A stretch of 64,000 nt of DNA from Raillietiella orientalis (lineage: Eukaryota), in NCBI GenBank assembly GCA_036172245.1, contig JAYWIR010000017.1, positions 3,224,001 to 3,288,000 on the forward strand, in the 5' to 3' direction. The position numbers and the translations under genes were made by a program. The notes under the pieces are model-generated. The model was given only the letters and a program-made list of their open reading frames with translations, did not search any database and was not told the origin of the DNA. Below are positions 35,271 to 49,300 of this stretch, in pieces (the first letter of the stretch is position 1; every line of letters begins with the position of its first letter).

Positions 35271-37881
35271 CTTGAAAAAAAATAACAAATTGAATCAAGA
35301 GTTGTACATTTCATCCATTAGCAAGCATTTATTTCACATTCAAGATAGAAAACGACAGGATTCGGAGTGAAAATTTGGTTGCGAAGTATATAGAAGCAAT
35401 CTTTGAATTAGTTGGCAAGAACGCTAAAATGTCAACATCAGTGATTTTGAAAGATTTAAATGAAGCACATGGAGAAACCACAAATTCAGCGGAAAGATTA
35501 ATCATATTCATAAAGTAAAGAGTAAATAATATGGCGGTTATAATTTTGTTTAAATGGTTGCTTAGCAATCTTCAACCTATGCTGCAAGAGCCATGCGCGT
35601 CATTGATTACCAAGGCACGACAAGGATTTACGTATTGCATTTTTGACTGTAACCCCACTGAATATCTAAAATAAAATGATAGCAGTTTTGGATTAGTATA
35701 TATGTGTGTTTATTTCATTTTCATTTAAATGTAACGTTATTAGCTCTTATTTTTATTGAAAGAATGATAGATATGCCAATAAATGGAATTGCTTCTATTG
35801 AGTCCAAGTGCTCCTTGATTCTTCCTTCTTCCAATCTAAATACAGTTTCCGCCAATGATACTTCCATTTCTTCAAATAACCTTTTTCTGTTCATACGCTC
35901 GATAAAATATAGGAGGTATTAGTAGTATTACATTTTTGTATTACATGTTTTCACATTTCAGTGAGATGCGTCCGGAATTTTTTACTATTTAATTTTCTTA
36001 AATCCACCTAAACCTCATCTTTTTGATCACCTTGCTTGGAATGTCTTCTTAAATAATGCTGTTATTCTTACTTGAGACTTATAAAATGTGAAAACCTGGG
36101 CCCCTTCACCTTCTTAAGAAACCCTTCGTAAAGAAATTATTCCATTTCACTTTGTGCAAAGTACATTTTAATTTCCTCGTGCAACTGACAGTTTTCCCAT
36201 TTTCGTTCGATATAAACTTAAAATTGCATTTATAAACGGAAATAAAGTAGTCTTTTTTTTTGCAATACATTTTGACTTTATTTCTTATTTCATGGTATCA
36301 TTTTATCAGAATTTTCGCGTTTTGGAACTCGTCTTTTATGAGCTCGTTAGGAAGCTGTCGTCATTGTACCTCCAAGATGAATCGAAATATCCCGATTTTA
36401 TCATTGTTTACTTATTTTGTTGATTTCCATTCCCTTCAATTATTGCGAATCTTTCTCTATTTTTTTGAAGGATATGTTTCCGCAGCATCTACACTGTTAG
36501 CTAAATGGATACTGTAAAGTATTCAGTACTATATGTTTTCAAGACAGTACTCAATAATTTATGGTTTCTATTTATGAAATATTGAATTCCAACACTTATA
36601 TGTAACTGACTTGTTAGGCTCTGAAGACAATGACATTTTCTCCGGAGTCCAGCAATTCAATGTGGGAGCTCATTTGTAAAAATCATACTCATCATGCATT
36701 AAAAGAATACCAAATATGTGAAAGCTGAAAATTATACAGAACCTCATCAAATCAGAAAAATAGAGAAAACAAAAGAAAGAACAAAACGAAATACCATGCT
36801 TTAAAGTAACGCTACCATGTGATGCTTACTATGAGACGCTGTACAAGATGCAACCAGAAAAAAGGGACAGCCTTCACTATGCCTATCCAGCATTTCTTTC
36901 TAATCACAAGCTTCGTGGAATCGGCTATCATTAAAGTCATTAATTTTTACATTGAAGTATCAATGCGCAAAGCATCATCGTCTCTCAAAAACTTCTGGAG
37001 AGAGATCTCCTTATTACTTTGCTTACATGCCCTACACAAAGGAAAATAGGTAGCATACACATTACTACCCAGACTCAAAGGTCCTCTCCAGTTGTGTTAA
37101 ATGGGAACTTTGGAATCTGAGCAAATCCGAAAACAAGTTGCTGCAAGCATTCCAGACATGTACTTTGAAAAATCTGCAGCATGATTTATGATGCATAAAA
37201 GAAGAAAAGGGATAAATTATTTTGGAACGAGCAGGCTTTTCATTTATCTTTATTTGATTCACAATGACACACATGAAAAAAATACGTTTTACTCCTAAAT
37301 GATGCTGAGCATCATCATATATATACAGCTGCTTTTATTAATAATTTGTTAGGCTTGGAAGAACTGCAAAAGCGAAGTTCTTACACGGAGGCACCAAAAT
37401 ACCGGATTCTATTGCTAATTAACTATTCATCCATTTTTATTACCTGGAATCGAATATTCACAAAAATAACTGCCTGCTGAAACTGGCAGCGAGTAATAAA
37501 AGCTTTTGAAATGCGTTTTCTCTTTCAGCCTGCACTTTCATCAAGCAGGAACATCGCGAGAAAAAAGTTTTGGGTGAGTCTACACCAATGCCGGTGAAAC
37601 CTCCGTGTTCCTGTAAATTAAGGCATGGCACCCAGAGAAAATTACATTTTGGAAGAGGACGATTTTCAAGAAACCACTTGGAACTCGTTTTGAGTGCTTC
37701 TCTTTGAGGAATTTTCTTCTGGATGAGTGTGAACGATTTTTCTGCCATTGGTTCCCTCCCTACGGACGTTGCGTAGTTTTCATTCACTTGCAATCCTTAT
37801 TGTGTCTTTCATTGCCTCGGGAGTCATTCGCTGATAGTTAGGTCACTTACCTACTTCAGAATTTTCAGTTAGGTTCCCTGT

Positions 37882-39345
37882 TCGAAATCCGTGCGTTCTC
37901 CGGAAGCAGTACCTAAACCAAATGTAAGAATCCAAAAGTGCAAAACACGTGAGACATATCTTCTACAGTATGTAAAGTAAACACTACGGTCAAGGAATCT
38001 TCGAAGGAGCACAGAAATGAATTTATAGCATGAATAGCTGAAGAGTTTCCACAAGAATCGATTTTCTTGTAATGGATGAATTCCGGTAAATAATGGAAAG
38101 CCATCTTAATTTTGCAGACAAACGGATGATCACCATGACTTTCGTAATCATGGTTTCCAAGACGGGTGCAGACGAAACGGATGCGCTCTTTCATTTATCT
38201 CTATAAATTCCCTCCGAATTGTGTATTTGACATAGGTAGCTTGAATTTGACACGGTCAAGACTTTCGCTTTCCTTGCGCGACCTGGAGCAATGTTGCCAC
38301 TTGTTGAAATCGAGAACATTTGCTTTTCCACTCCTACAACACGTAAAAAACTGCCTTCCTCATTCAATAGGAATTTTTTGGAACATTCAGCACAGCCTCA
38401 TAACGTTCAAATGATGGCTCAGTTCCCATCTGGCTTAGCATGCAAGAAATCAAGAGATGCAGCGTAATGGGAGTAGTAAGTGGACCGAACCTACATTCAT
38501 GAGGTAATCACAAAGACCGATGTGTGTTTGAGAACAAAACGAAAATTTTTTGCTTTATTCTGCAATAGGCGATCTCTTGCAAACAGCTTCGAAGTTTGCA
38601 AGTTTTGGTGAGGATCTCAAATGTTCATCCTTAGCAGCAAGGAAGTACATCTTTGTTTAGAAGCTATAAGATGAATCTTAGAGCCAGATGTTCAATGTTA
38701 GGAATACGTTAAGGAAGTTATTAGGAAAAATTCTGCCACTGAACCCATTTCATCCGCTCTCAGAACAATCACGAATATCTTAACCAGTGTTTCCCTGATT
38801 GCAAATCCTGACATCATCGCAATGTCAAGTCGGATCACCTCAAATTTCGGTTGAGTGTAATTAGCCAACTGTATACAGATGATAACTTGCTGCAAGAATT
38901 TGGATAACTTAGTCGATAACTCAATTAATGCTTTCGCACTTCACATCCTTGGAGGTCATTCCCTTGCAACCTCTTGCAAACTAGTAGCATTTATCTTTTT
39001 TGTAAATGCTGGAAGATTCCTAATATTGAACTCACTTTTGCTTACATTCTTAATACACACGTTTGATACCAATTCCTGGAGTGTCCTTTTGTAAACCTTC
39101 TGTTATCCATTGGATAAGTTGGTTGTGATGATTTTCCCCAATTCGAAATCAGTGTGCTCTCCGGAAGTGATGCCTTAATCGAATGTAAGAATCTAAAAGT
39201 GAAAAACACTTGCCATATCTTCTACAACATACAAAGTAAACACTATGGTCAAGGAATTTCTGGAGCTCAAGAAGATGAATTTGACGCGACCAAGGCTGAA
39301 GTGCCTTTCGCTTTCCTTGCTCCACCTGGAGCAGTGTTGCCATAT
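37882..39345 (+). repeat. Local direct duplication (37882-38300 and 39142-39345)
   Basis: Shared TTCGAAATC..TCTCCGGAAG..AATGTAAGAATC..CATATCTTCTACA..AAAGTAAACACTA.GGTCAAGGAAT..TTTCGCTTTCCTTGC..ACCTGGAGCA. Confidence 0.85.
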
Positions 39346-40349
39346 ACCACACTCGTATGAATAATTGTAGAGAGACTCGATTTGAAAAAAAAAAAAAAAA
39401 AAAGAAAGGCGTATTTAAAAGTGATCCCGGATACTCGTTTTAACTGGAAAAGGGGTACGAGACAAGCTAGGATGCTTGATGCATCAGCATTTCTGCCCAC
39501 TATTCGCCACAGCAAACGATTTGTAAATTTCTCACAAGGAATGCCTTCCACCGGACAGAATACGTAAAACAAAGTCTGCCAAAGCCGGTAATGATTTCTG
39601 TTTGGAACTTCTCAACTGCTTTTCTAATTATACGGTTCGCGGTACGGTTCGTATTCTCAAATTTCGCCTCGCAAATTCCATAATTTGCAGTTCTTTGCAG
39701 GTTAAAAGTTACATTAGAATCAAGATATCTGCTCTTTTCCATGTCGTCATTAATAGAGAACTCTGCATGCTTGAACCAATCATCCCGGACGGTTTCTTGC
39801 TATTCTTCTTGACATTCAGTAATCGTGCTGCGTCGATAAGGGTTTTCCTAGTAGTAGTGTATCTAAAAAAACATTCCCTTCTGCATTACATTTTTCAAGA
39901 AAAATTAACGAATAGGAAACAAGACTTATTAAAAAAAAAATAAAATGTGCTTGTAGGTTTCAATTCTTCAGGTGGGGAGAAAAAACTGGATGGATACGAT
40001 TCAAGAAATGCTTCTTTTTTGACAGATTTTTCTTAGACTGAGATTTCAAAGGGGTAGGAAATGGTAGCATTCCCCATCAAAGGAGGACGAAGGAGGAAGT
40101 TTTTCTATCTGCTTTTTCTTTCAAGTCATTCTTTTAATGCTTAGGTTCTAAGGGATGATTCTCGGACATAAATTTGGAGCTGCATACAAAGGCAGGAGGT
40201 ATACGCTCAACCGAGACTAACGAGAGGCACATCACAGATGTTCCCGAATCATCGGGTTTTTATAAATCAGGAAAAAATTTAGCTTTTTCTGAATGTAGAT
40301 CTCACTGAATTATTTTTTTTATGAACAATCAATTGCAAGGGAATGTTTT

Positions 40350-41250
40350 TCTTTCATCCTTTGTTTCCTTCGAAACCTTACGTGTCCTCCGTTAGGGTGG
40401 GACCGACAAAAAGGAGCTAACAGAACACGTCCATGTTAATGATTTGGTGCTTTGAGTTTGGACCTCAGAACTGCGTTTCCATGTGGTTGAGAAACATAAG
40501 CAGATCTTCGACAAGGCATTTCCTCCTTGTCAGCATATTTGTTAGATTCCTCAGACTTGTGCAGAAACGGAATCCACGGCGATTTTTCACAAGCGACTGA
40601 CCTCCGTGGAGACTACCCAAGCAGCAATGCAACTTTTCTTAAGCCCTGTTTCAACATTCTGGTTCAATCCAGGTCTTTCCGCGCTATTTTCCCTTTCGAA
40701 AGTTTCCATCCCATGTGCGTTCGGCGCCTGCACGCTTTGAACACTTATGGAAAGCAGTTTCAAGAACCCTTTGGAAACCTTCTTATTATTCATGGATTTT
40801 AACTTAATTTTTTCATGTCGGAGTCTGATTTCGACTAAGGCAACATTGATGGAATTAGAAGTGCTGGATTTCGTGTTGTTTCTCATGTCATAATATCCAA
40901 GTATCATGGCACTGGTGAACTGGTGTAGTGCCTAGTGGTTTCCATCATCATCACCAGAAACCAGATGAAATCGGCTCCTGCAGCTTCTCGTCTAACTCAA
41001 CTCCCTGTACGTACATCGGAATTCCAAAGTCACCTCGGAGTCAGCAAGTTGCTGGTAAAATTCCCGGGAACAACAGTTTCATGTGAATGCAATTTCTGGA
41101 ACGTCCTCTGGAACGAATTTAATTCGAGAGGAAAATGAAGACAGAAAGCATGGATGAAGGTACCATCATTAGGGGGATGTTTGTCATTGAGAAGCAGTTC
41201 TTCACACACTGTTTCTCAGTATGTGAACATACTGAATAGAATGCTAAATA
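40350..41250 (-). mobile_element. Ancient LINE remnant (AP endonuclease plus pre-RT)
   Basis: TVVPGNFTS (GDFN) and LSKGKIARKDLD*TRMLKQG (KGKAxGxDGxxxEMLK). Confidence 0.35.
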
Positions 41251-44039
41251 GCTAGAATGCCCGCCACTGAGGACAAAGTGATTTAACAAGCTTCAGCGAA
41301 TGCTTCAGTGTAGAAGCAGAAGAAAATGACAAAATTTAATATGTTTGTCGAACACGAAAGGAGTCAACGTGTTTTCTAGTGATCACTCTGGGTCGGATGG
41401 TTGCGTGCATCTGCCTGCAGAGAACATACCCCATTCACCACTACGTATTTCTTTTTTTTAATAACCACTGCAGAGCAAATGAAACCTAAGGTGATCATGG
41501 ATGCAGCCTCCGTGGGAGGAACTTTACGTAGCAATCCGATCGTAATTTTGGGCAATGTCTTTCTTCGTGTGAGTCAAATGTGCATCTCAAAAGAACTTGG
41601 GGTGGGTGAATGTGCCCGTTGCTGTATCTAAGAGCGGAAAGCTCCTAATAAACGAATTCCATCGAGTGCAATTGAAAAAAAGAAAAAAAAAAATCAAGAT
41701 AATGAACTAGGGTGTTCTCGGTACGGAAATATGGGTTCCGAAAGCGAAGCCCAGTTCATGAACGAAGAAACACAAACGCTGCTTTCGATTCAAATGCTCA
41801 TTCAATCAAAAGAATACCATAATGGTTATAATTCATAAATTGGGAACGAAATTCTTTGATTTTTCTTTCTTCTCAGTCAGACCGTTCGAAGATTGATTTA
41901 AGTAAAGCTAAGTGACAATGTGTTTTAGATTCCGTAAGTGACGTGGTAATGGGTTGCATGTTTTAATTACCCCGAGCAAAACTTAGAGATCCAAGTAGTC
42001 CTCACTTGTGACGATAGGAATGCCAGCGAGCAAAAAGAAAGGACAAATTATGAATCCTGTTTCATCCGAGAGGACGCACCAACCTCCCGTATGGCAGATA
42101 CCAATGGCAGTCTGTGACAGTAAGTTGAGAGGCATCAATCACGCTGATGATTATACTCATTATAACGTTCAAATGGCATTTATTACAAACACCACTTGAA
42201 CTTGATGGGAAGGAAATTTCTATTCCGATTTTAGAGAAGGTTGGTTCGATGATTACTAAGGAATTCCAAAAGACTGGACTGATGCGCTCCATCCTTCACG
42301 TATACATTTTCATTAGTTACAGGAGAATACAAAAAACGTATTCTCCGTCGTATGAAGAGACGAATGGCTTCATGTTGAGAACTCATTAAAGAACGTTGGT
42401 TTCCACATCTTTTTCCATGAGGAAGTTACGATTCGTTCATAAAGGTACAAGATGCTGGAATATTTCACAGTCTTTTCCTTCCAATTCTTCCTTTATTCTT
42501 AAAAGTCGTCGTTTCCAATATCCTCCTCCTCTTCTCAAGCTGTTTGTTGCCTTTGACTTCTCTTTGGGAAAATACTTCCTCGCCAGACCTATTCCTTTTC
42601 GTATTTCTGATTTGAGACCATAAATTTTTCGACATCTTGCATTCTTTTGCAAGCTTACACAGCAAGCTGTCCAAGAGATGGACCGAGAAACGGAAAAATC
42701 AGAAGATGCGTGATCCAAAGTCGGACGCAGAAGACAGCATCGGACGGTGACGGTGACGGCCCTCAAAAGTGGAACAGTGCTCTGCAAGAAATTTTTCTTG
42801 CCGAACCTTTCGAAACCAATCTCCGCCGTGAAAGTAGAACCAGAAACCAAGAGCAAAATCGCATGTACGTTAATCTCAAGATTGAGAAAGTTAATGATAA
42901 GAGCCATTCTCCAGGAAAAGAAGAAAACTCTTACGGCTCAAATACAGAATGAAAGACAAGAACTTGCCCTCACGCAATATGAAGAAATGATTTGCTACAA
43001 AAGGTGCGTGCACATGATAATCTTCTGTATGACATTTTTCTGGCGGAATCTTTGCATATTCATGATTTCCTTTTTCCCCCCGTGTTTACCCAAGCACGGC
43101 GCATGCGCTGGTACAAAAGTACGGCACGCTTGCATCATGTGCTTGTCTACAGAGAATGCTGGTTTGCTCTGGCAAGAGAAAATTCGACGGGAAGGTTCCC
43201 ATCTCGAGCGAGAGCAGCATTCCATCAACGTACGTCAGAGGTTCCCTTTGCAACGGTGAGACCTTTCCGGCAGGGCGGGCTTAATTGTATCGATGCCTAA
43301 TTACTAATCTGGCAGTAAATCATAGTTACTCTTGGTACTATCGGAATGCGAATGCGCGGGTATCCCAACTGAAAGCACGGAAAACGCTCGCAACTTGCAC
43401 AAGAACGAATGTTTCGTACTCTTCACCCGCTTTCTTTGATCCGGTAGGTGAACTCTGCTCTCTTGCTTTCCTCAAGGGGATGGCGAAGCTTTTGGTAACC
43501 CCTACATACCTCGATCGACCCAGCACCCGAAACGAAACAGAAACTTTTCCCAGTTAAGTATGATTTCAGAAGTCAGATTGAAAAGCGGCTGCCATTTTGA
43601 ATATCCAAAGGTCAGTGTCTCCATCTATGCAAGAAGAACGAAAGAAGCTGGAGATCCATAGTTCGGAGAAAGTAGCGGTTTGTTGCTCCACACCGTGGAT
43701 TTTCGAGGGAGGCCTGTAGAAAACGGGTAGTAATCAAGCAAATGGAATGTCGTGCATCCAAAGTGTTCCTCTCTCATCAATGGTAGCTAAAATCTGTGAT
43801 GTGATACTCTGAAGGAAACTGAGGGTCTGTGCAAGGGAGCCCTCGGATCAGGAATTTTCGTGGTGTATCCGCATGTATGCCGCCAAGTTTTGATTTTCAG
43901 TATCGTACTTTGATACCAAGTAAAGGATGCCACATGGTTTGGAGAGGCCAAAAAGGCTAAATAAAAAGAAAAAAAAAGCAATGCCCCACTGCATCCAAAG
44001 TCCAGTTACGAGAATCACGAGCTTGTTTCATCGCTTCAC

Positions 44040-44550
44040 GAATCAATTCACTTTAAATAAACTAAGATCCGCACTAAAGAGTGCATTCGTCAGTTTCCAA
44101 TTGGGGAAAAGTTCAAGATCAGAGTGGCCAAAAGAGAGGAAGATACTTTGAGGACATACAATATTTTTACCGTATCCTCGTGATTCATGTAACATATGAA
44201 CCAAAAGTAAGTGGAAGAAGCGACTGACTGAGGGTGCACCCAGAGATGACTTAATTGCTTCCGGACATTTGGAAGCCTCATGGGGTGTCATTCTAAGTGT
44301 AGTATGCTTATGACGTGCTCATGCATTCAACATGCTGGAAAATGCCTGGCTCTTGCTTCTAATCTTATCTGAATGGCTGGACGGGACGGGATGGATAGAC
44401 GGGATTCTTAAGGAAGCCACGCTGTACAATGATGAAGCCTGCCATTGTACAGAATCTATTTGGAATACTATCGCTTTCTCTAGAAGTGAAATGCTGTCCA
44501 CAGTTGTTCTCCCGTGGACTCCACTGAGGGTTTACTTTTTCGAACGAAAC
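44040..44550 (-). mobile_element. Decayed non-LTR RT core
   Basis: LLEKA..DSVQW (DxxKAFDSVW), GAPSVSRFFHLL (GVPQGSxLSPLL), ALFSADLSL (FADD). Confidence 0.5.
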
Positions 44551-45399
44551 TCGACTTCTGATGGCTTGATCTAGCCGGTTATTTTACAGCTATAGTACTG
44601 AATTCCTGATGCCTTCTGACCAAAAAATCTGATATTCTATCATTTTTAGAATCTTGCACAACGTCCAAGGAAAACTTGCCCTGTGGTTAGCGAATCCACA
44701 GCCGTCAACGCGGCCGTGTGGCTCTGAATCTGTGAATTCCACTTCTCTAGGTGGGTTCCCACTCGAAAATTTTGTTTTGCCTGTTCCGAATCATTCAGTT
44801 CCTTAATCGCCCATAGGTTGTGTTCTATGAACTATGCTGTGCGAAATCTGTTTTCAAGTAGAGTGCAAGCCGCTCTACTGTTGGTAGTATACAAAATGAA
44901 GACAGTATAGCGTGTGGTTTACTTGTTTTGCATGAACCATAACAAAGTCACTAATATGTATGCGTAATAAGTATGTGTATGTATGCGTATACGGATACGT
45001 CTTTCAAGTTCACTGTTTTACCAATGTCTTCGATTGTGACTTGGCTTAAACAACATATAACCTTCATGAAGCTCTTGAAGAAACTGCTATGTAGGCGGAT
45101 AGCATGCCATCGTTTGTTCGCAGTTAAATTTTATGGGTCCATAAGCACAGAGAAACCGTAATAAGCATCCGTTTTTCGAACCAAACAAGCAAATATCGAA
45201 CTTGGGTTTTAGAATGCATGAAAAACCAAACAAAACAGGAGAGAAACTTTTGGCTTTCTGCAAAAGATAAACGCTCTCGTCATTATCGGCTGAAAAAGAA
45301 ACTGAAAAAACGTGGTTTTCCTTAGTCGCTCTGCTTCAATGGAATAAAAACATGGAATGACATCATTTTTAAGGAAAAATTATCTTTTAACTGTTCTCC

Positions 45400-48300
45400 A
45401 CAGTGGAAATCTAAAATCAACGGAACACCCTCACATGTGAATTGCATAGCAAGGTTGAATAGTTTCGTATCATCCGGCTGAATAGGAGAAAGATCTGATT
45501 TTATTCAGATTTTGTCCAAAGCGAAATCTGGACGGATGGAAAAATCTTCTGGACAATGCAGCAGAGGACCAGTTGTTCATCCAGTGCTTCTTGAGAGAGA
45601 TTTATCTATGGTGAAGCTTCTTTGTTACGCTCCCACTCGAACGAGACCACGCTTTACACTTCCATTTGCAGCTCCTGCATGCCGACTGCTCCAGTGGAGT
45701 CTTTGGGTTTGCTTATTCAGCTGCTGTTGTCAGAGACTGGCCAGGACATTCGTCCCAGGCTGTGGAATGCCACTTTGTGGAATTCCTCCAAATGTCTGAT
45801 TAATCCAACATTTTGACACTCCTCTTTGTTTGGTAGGGAGGTGCAAGAAGGTTAGAGCACACATGGCATTATTTGAAAGAAGACAACACGAACCATAAAC
45901 CTCATATCACGAGTTGCATTCGGTAGATAAAGGGCTCGCTGAAATCCTCTTATTCTTGTCTCTACGGCAACAAATCCGTGAATACACGTCGGAAAATGAG
46001 AGCGCAAGCTGTAGCTAGGAGAAGAAACGAAGTTTCTCCAAAAAAGTTCCGTCGAGGTAATGGGAAGAAGGGCGACATGGGGAATTTTTGACCGACGGAT
46101 GGCAAATGGAAATCTTCGGCTGGTAGTGGTCTGGCTGAGCGAAACACGCAACACGAGTCGCACAGGTCAGAGGAAAGCATCGGACCAACAGGGCGACTGC
46201 ACCATTCTGCGGCATGGCGCTCGGTGTCCCAAGTGTCAGGAGAGAAACTCGATGAGCTTCCTGAACTAATAATTTGCCAGTTTATTCTCGTGTTCGTGAT
46301 TTGGTGAAGTGTACAAGCTGGAGTACTGACACAATTCCAATATTGGCAACAAACACTCAACACTGATCAATACCCCAAAGCGACCATGCGCAGTGGAAAT
46401 GCATCCTAGAACGGCAGGCAGAAGGAGCACTGGACCCTGTTCCATCACCGATGCACTGCATTGGCTAAGAAATCCAAGAACTCCACTGTGCCTTTCCATC
46501 CGACACCGAACTGACTTGCTTTCCGTTGGTTTTCTTATTTGTCAGTTGCTAAAAATCTCTTTCCAGTTACATCTTTCCACTCGAGGCCTGCTTTTCCTGT
46601 TTTTTCTATTGGACACGATCCACTGAAGATTAGCGATTACCCCCAAAACACCGAACTTGGGCCTCTTGTAGGTCCGAATTGTCGTCTGGAGATGACAGAT
46701 TCCAAGCGTATTTTTCCTTCCTTAATGTGTGTGCGTTTCTAAGAGCTACTTGCTTTGCAATTCTTCCATGCCTTCCGAAAATGAAACACCGTTTTCCAAA
46801 GGAATTTTCTTGACGTGGTAAACTCCAGTTCTTCCTTACGGACAGCAAAAGAACAGAAGCAGAAACCGCTCGCGCTTATTGTCCTTGGATGCATCGTCGG
46901 AAGGTTCGCTAAAGTCTTGACACATTTTCCTGAAAGCACTGGGACTCCCATTTCGCAAACCAACACTAAACAAAAACATTCACGATTGAGGTCTCGTGTC
47001 CCTTTTCCTTGGGCGCAAGGCTTTAAGAATTCTCTTGATCATGTATACATTTCAACATCCTTTCATGCCTGTTTCCTTGGAAACACAGAATTTTATGAAA
47101 GCGATGGAGTCGCCAAGGTACGAGAGTGAAGCTGGAAAACTCAGCCTTTGATCCGCAAAAATGATCAATCAGCGGCGAGAGATGTTTCGAAAATTCGAGT
47201 CGGATGTGTTTCTCCCAGGTGTTTGTGCACTTCTGGTACTTAGACCTCAAGTTGTTTGCCTTTAGATCACTCTGAAAGCACGGTCTAGAGACAAGGTGTT
47301 TTTGATTAATTTGTTGCTATTGCTATGCATCCGATGCCAAAGAGGAATTTTTACTCCTTTTGGCCTATTTTGGCAATCTACTTTGTTTTTAAATGCAATA
47401 AAGAAAGAAACGCAACGTTTTTCTCCTTTACGTAGGCAATTTTTTTTTTTATTCCGTTTCTTCTTTTATGCAATCAAGAGAGCCGATGAAATAGATGAAC
47501 AGGTGAAACATAGAACAGATTCACACGAATGCTGAGGTTAATTCATCGAGTTGCAAGTAAAGCTACACGTTCAAGATGCAGATGACAAGAAAGTAAACAA
47601 ATTCGTCGAGCAGCTGTGAGGAAAAAAAAATTAATGTTGCTGTTCCCATGACTCCAAAACCAAATCCCAATTGCAGATTGAGACTGAAACAAACCCCAAT
47701 GCCAATTGCCTTTTGTGGTTTTTAGAAAAAGTCTCAGTTCATGTCGAAAAGTGCGTAATGCTGGAATTGGTCCACACAATACTTGAATATCATTCATTCC
47801 CAACATCAAAAAATCATTAGCGACCATATCTGTTTCATCAGTCGAAAGCCAATGCACCAGTGAAATCATGAATTTGCAGCAACCATTTCTTGATTTTCCT
47901 GAAAGCATATCAGGTCAGATATCCGAACGTGAAATACAAGAGAAAACAGAGCTATCGGGATGATGTTTATCCAAATGCCTAGATTGATTCACATGGAATT
48001 TCCCAAATGCTCCCAACATACGGTCACCTTTTAGAATTTCCAGCTGCTGCTTCCTTTCTGTGTTCTTCAGAAAGATGGACCAGTCTTCGCGGGCCAGCGG
48101 AGTGGTGGTCCACAGATTTTTTGTTCATACGGCAAAAGGGGAAAAGTTGTGGATCGTGCCCTTGGACTGCAATTCCGTATAGATTGCCAATTCTCCAAAT
48201 TCTTGTTTACATGCAATTCATTGTGTCAAGTTCATGTGTGCTACGTTTTCTGGCAACGCCTAGTGCATGTGAGATCAGGTTTCATGCGCAGGAGACGGAA

Positions 48301-49300
48301 TCAGTCAGCACATTAAAATACTGAAGATCCGTGAAACGAGGTTTCCCAAAAATTAGAAGCAAGGTAACAAGAAGATTATGATAGACACAATAATAATAAG
48401 GGTAAAAGAGGTCTGGGATGTGAGAAAAAGCTTCATTCATAAAGTCCATTGAGAATTTTGCTTTAGCGCCATGTCTGGAACAAGGATTCCTAATTTTTGT
48501 GGATGCTCGCATGCATCTTTAAACAGAAATACAAATAGGCATACAAGGAACCTCAATTATGCGCACCAGTCGATAATACAGTTGGTACAGAGATGCAACC
48601 AAGGAATTGAATATTTAATCAATAACGTTTGTGTGCTTCGTCCCAGATACCAATGTTCTCATCCTCTTACCAGAGAGCGAATCATTTATACGTGGGAAAA
48701 GGAGAAAACGAAGCTGTCCTGATTTGTTGAGACCATGTTTCTTCACTTTCACTGCTGGAGATCGACTTAGATCCAGCATGATCAATAAGATGATACCTGT
48801 TAAGGCTACAGGGTAAGGTTGCTGGAAGGATAAAACAATTATTAGCTGACTAGATATGGCGATCTCAAATGGAAGGCCGAATGTAAGAGTCCAGGGAACC
48901 TGTAGCCCATGTTTTCCTGGAACTCACTTCTACCTATTAGGAGCCATAACAAAAAGATGAACATTTCTGCCGGAATCAGTGAATGAAATTCTCGAAGTTC
49001 CGAACCTTGTATCCTTGATTGTTCCTGAAATTCCTCACGAAATTACTCTACAAAATGCTTGCCCGTAATCCGTTATAAAAAACTCATCCAGCATTCTATG
49101 CCAGTTCTGCAAAAGGCGTCGAAGATTGGACGGACAGCAGCGATAGTTATCGTTCTCTGCAGAGAAAACATCTGAAACTGGAAACACATTTAATTATTCG
49201 TTCATTTCTTTTTCATTAGAGGAAGAGGAAACTCAAGGGTTTTCAGCCTGAAAACAGTTCCTCTATCAAAACTGCAAAAGAATGCCCACTTAGCTACTTT
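45400..49300 (-). mobile_element. Decayed RT plus RNase H LINE (R1/I-group-like ORF2)
   Basis: ARRICLLS..LERVALLATR (YRPICLL..E..R), post-RT Q..LL..LG..ST..V.CLLPI, RNase H-like GFVAVETRIRG..AL, and KKHWMNNWSS (WQxxW). Confidence 0.5.

Noticed and set aside
36280..36510. Alternative genetic code explaining stop-interrupted coding-like frames
   Set aside because: All three stop codons occur, and the RSPH3 exons translate cleanly with the standard code.
42620..43000. Penelope-like N-terminal region (LCKKFFLP..RKLMIRAILQEKKKTL)
   Set aside because: The resemblance is vague, with no adjacent RT, GIY-YIG or hammerhead found.
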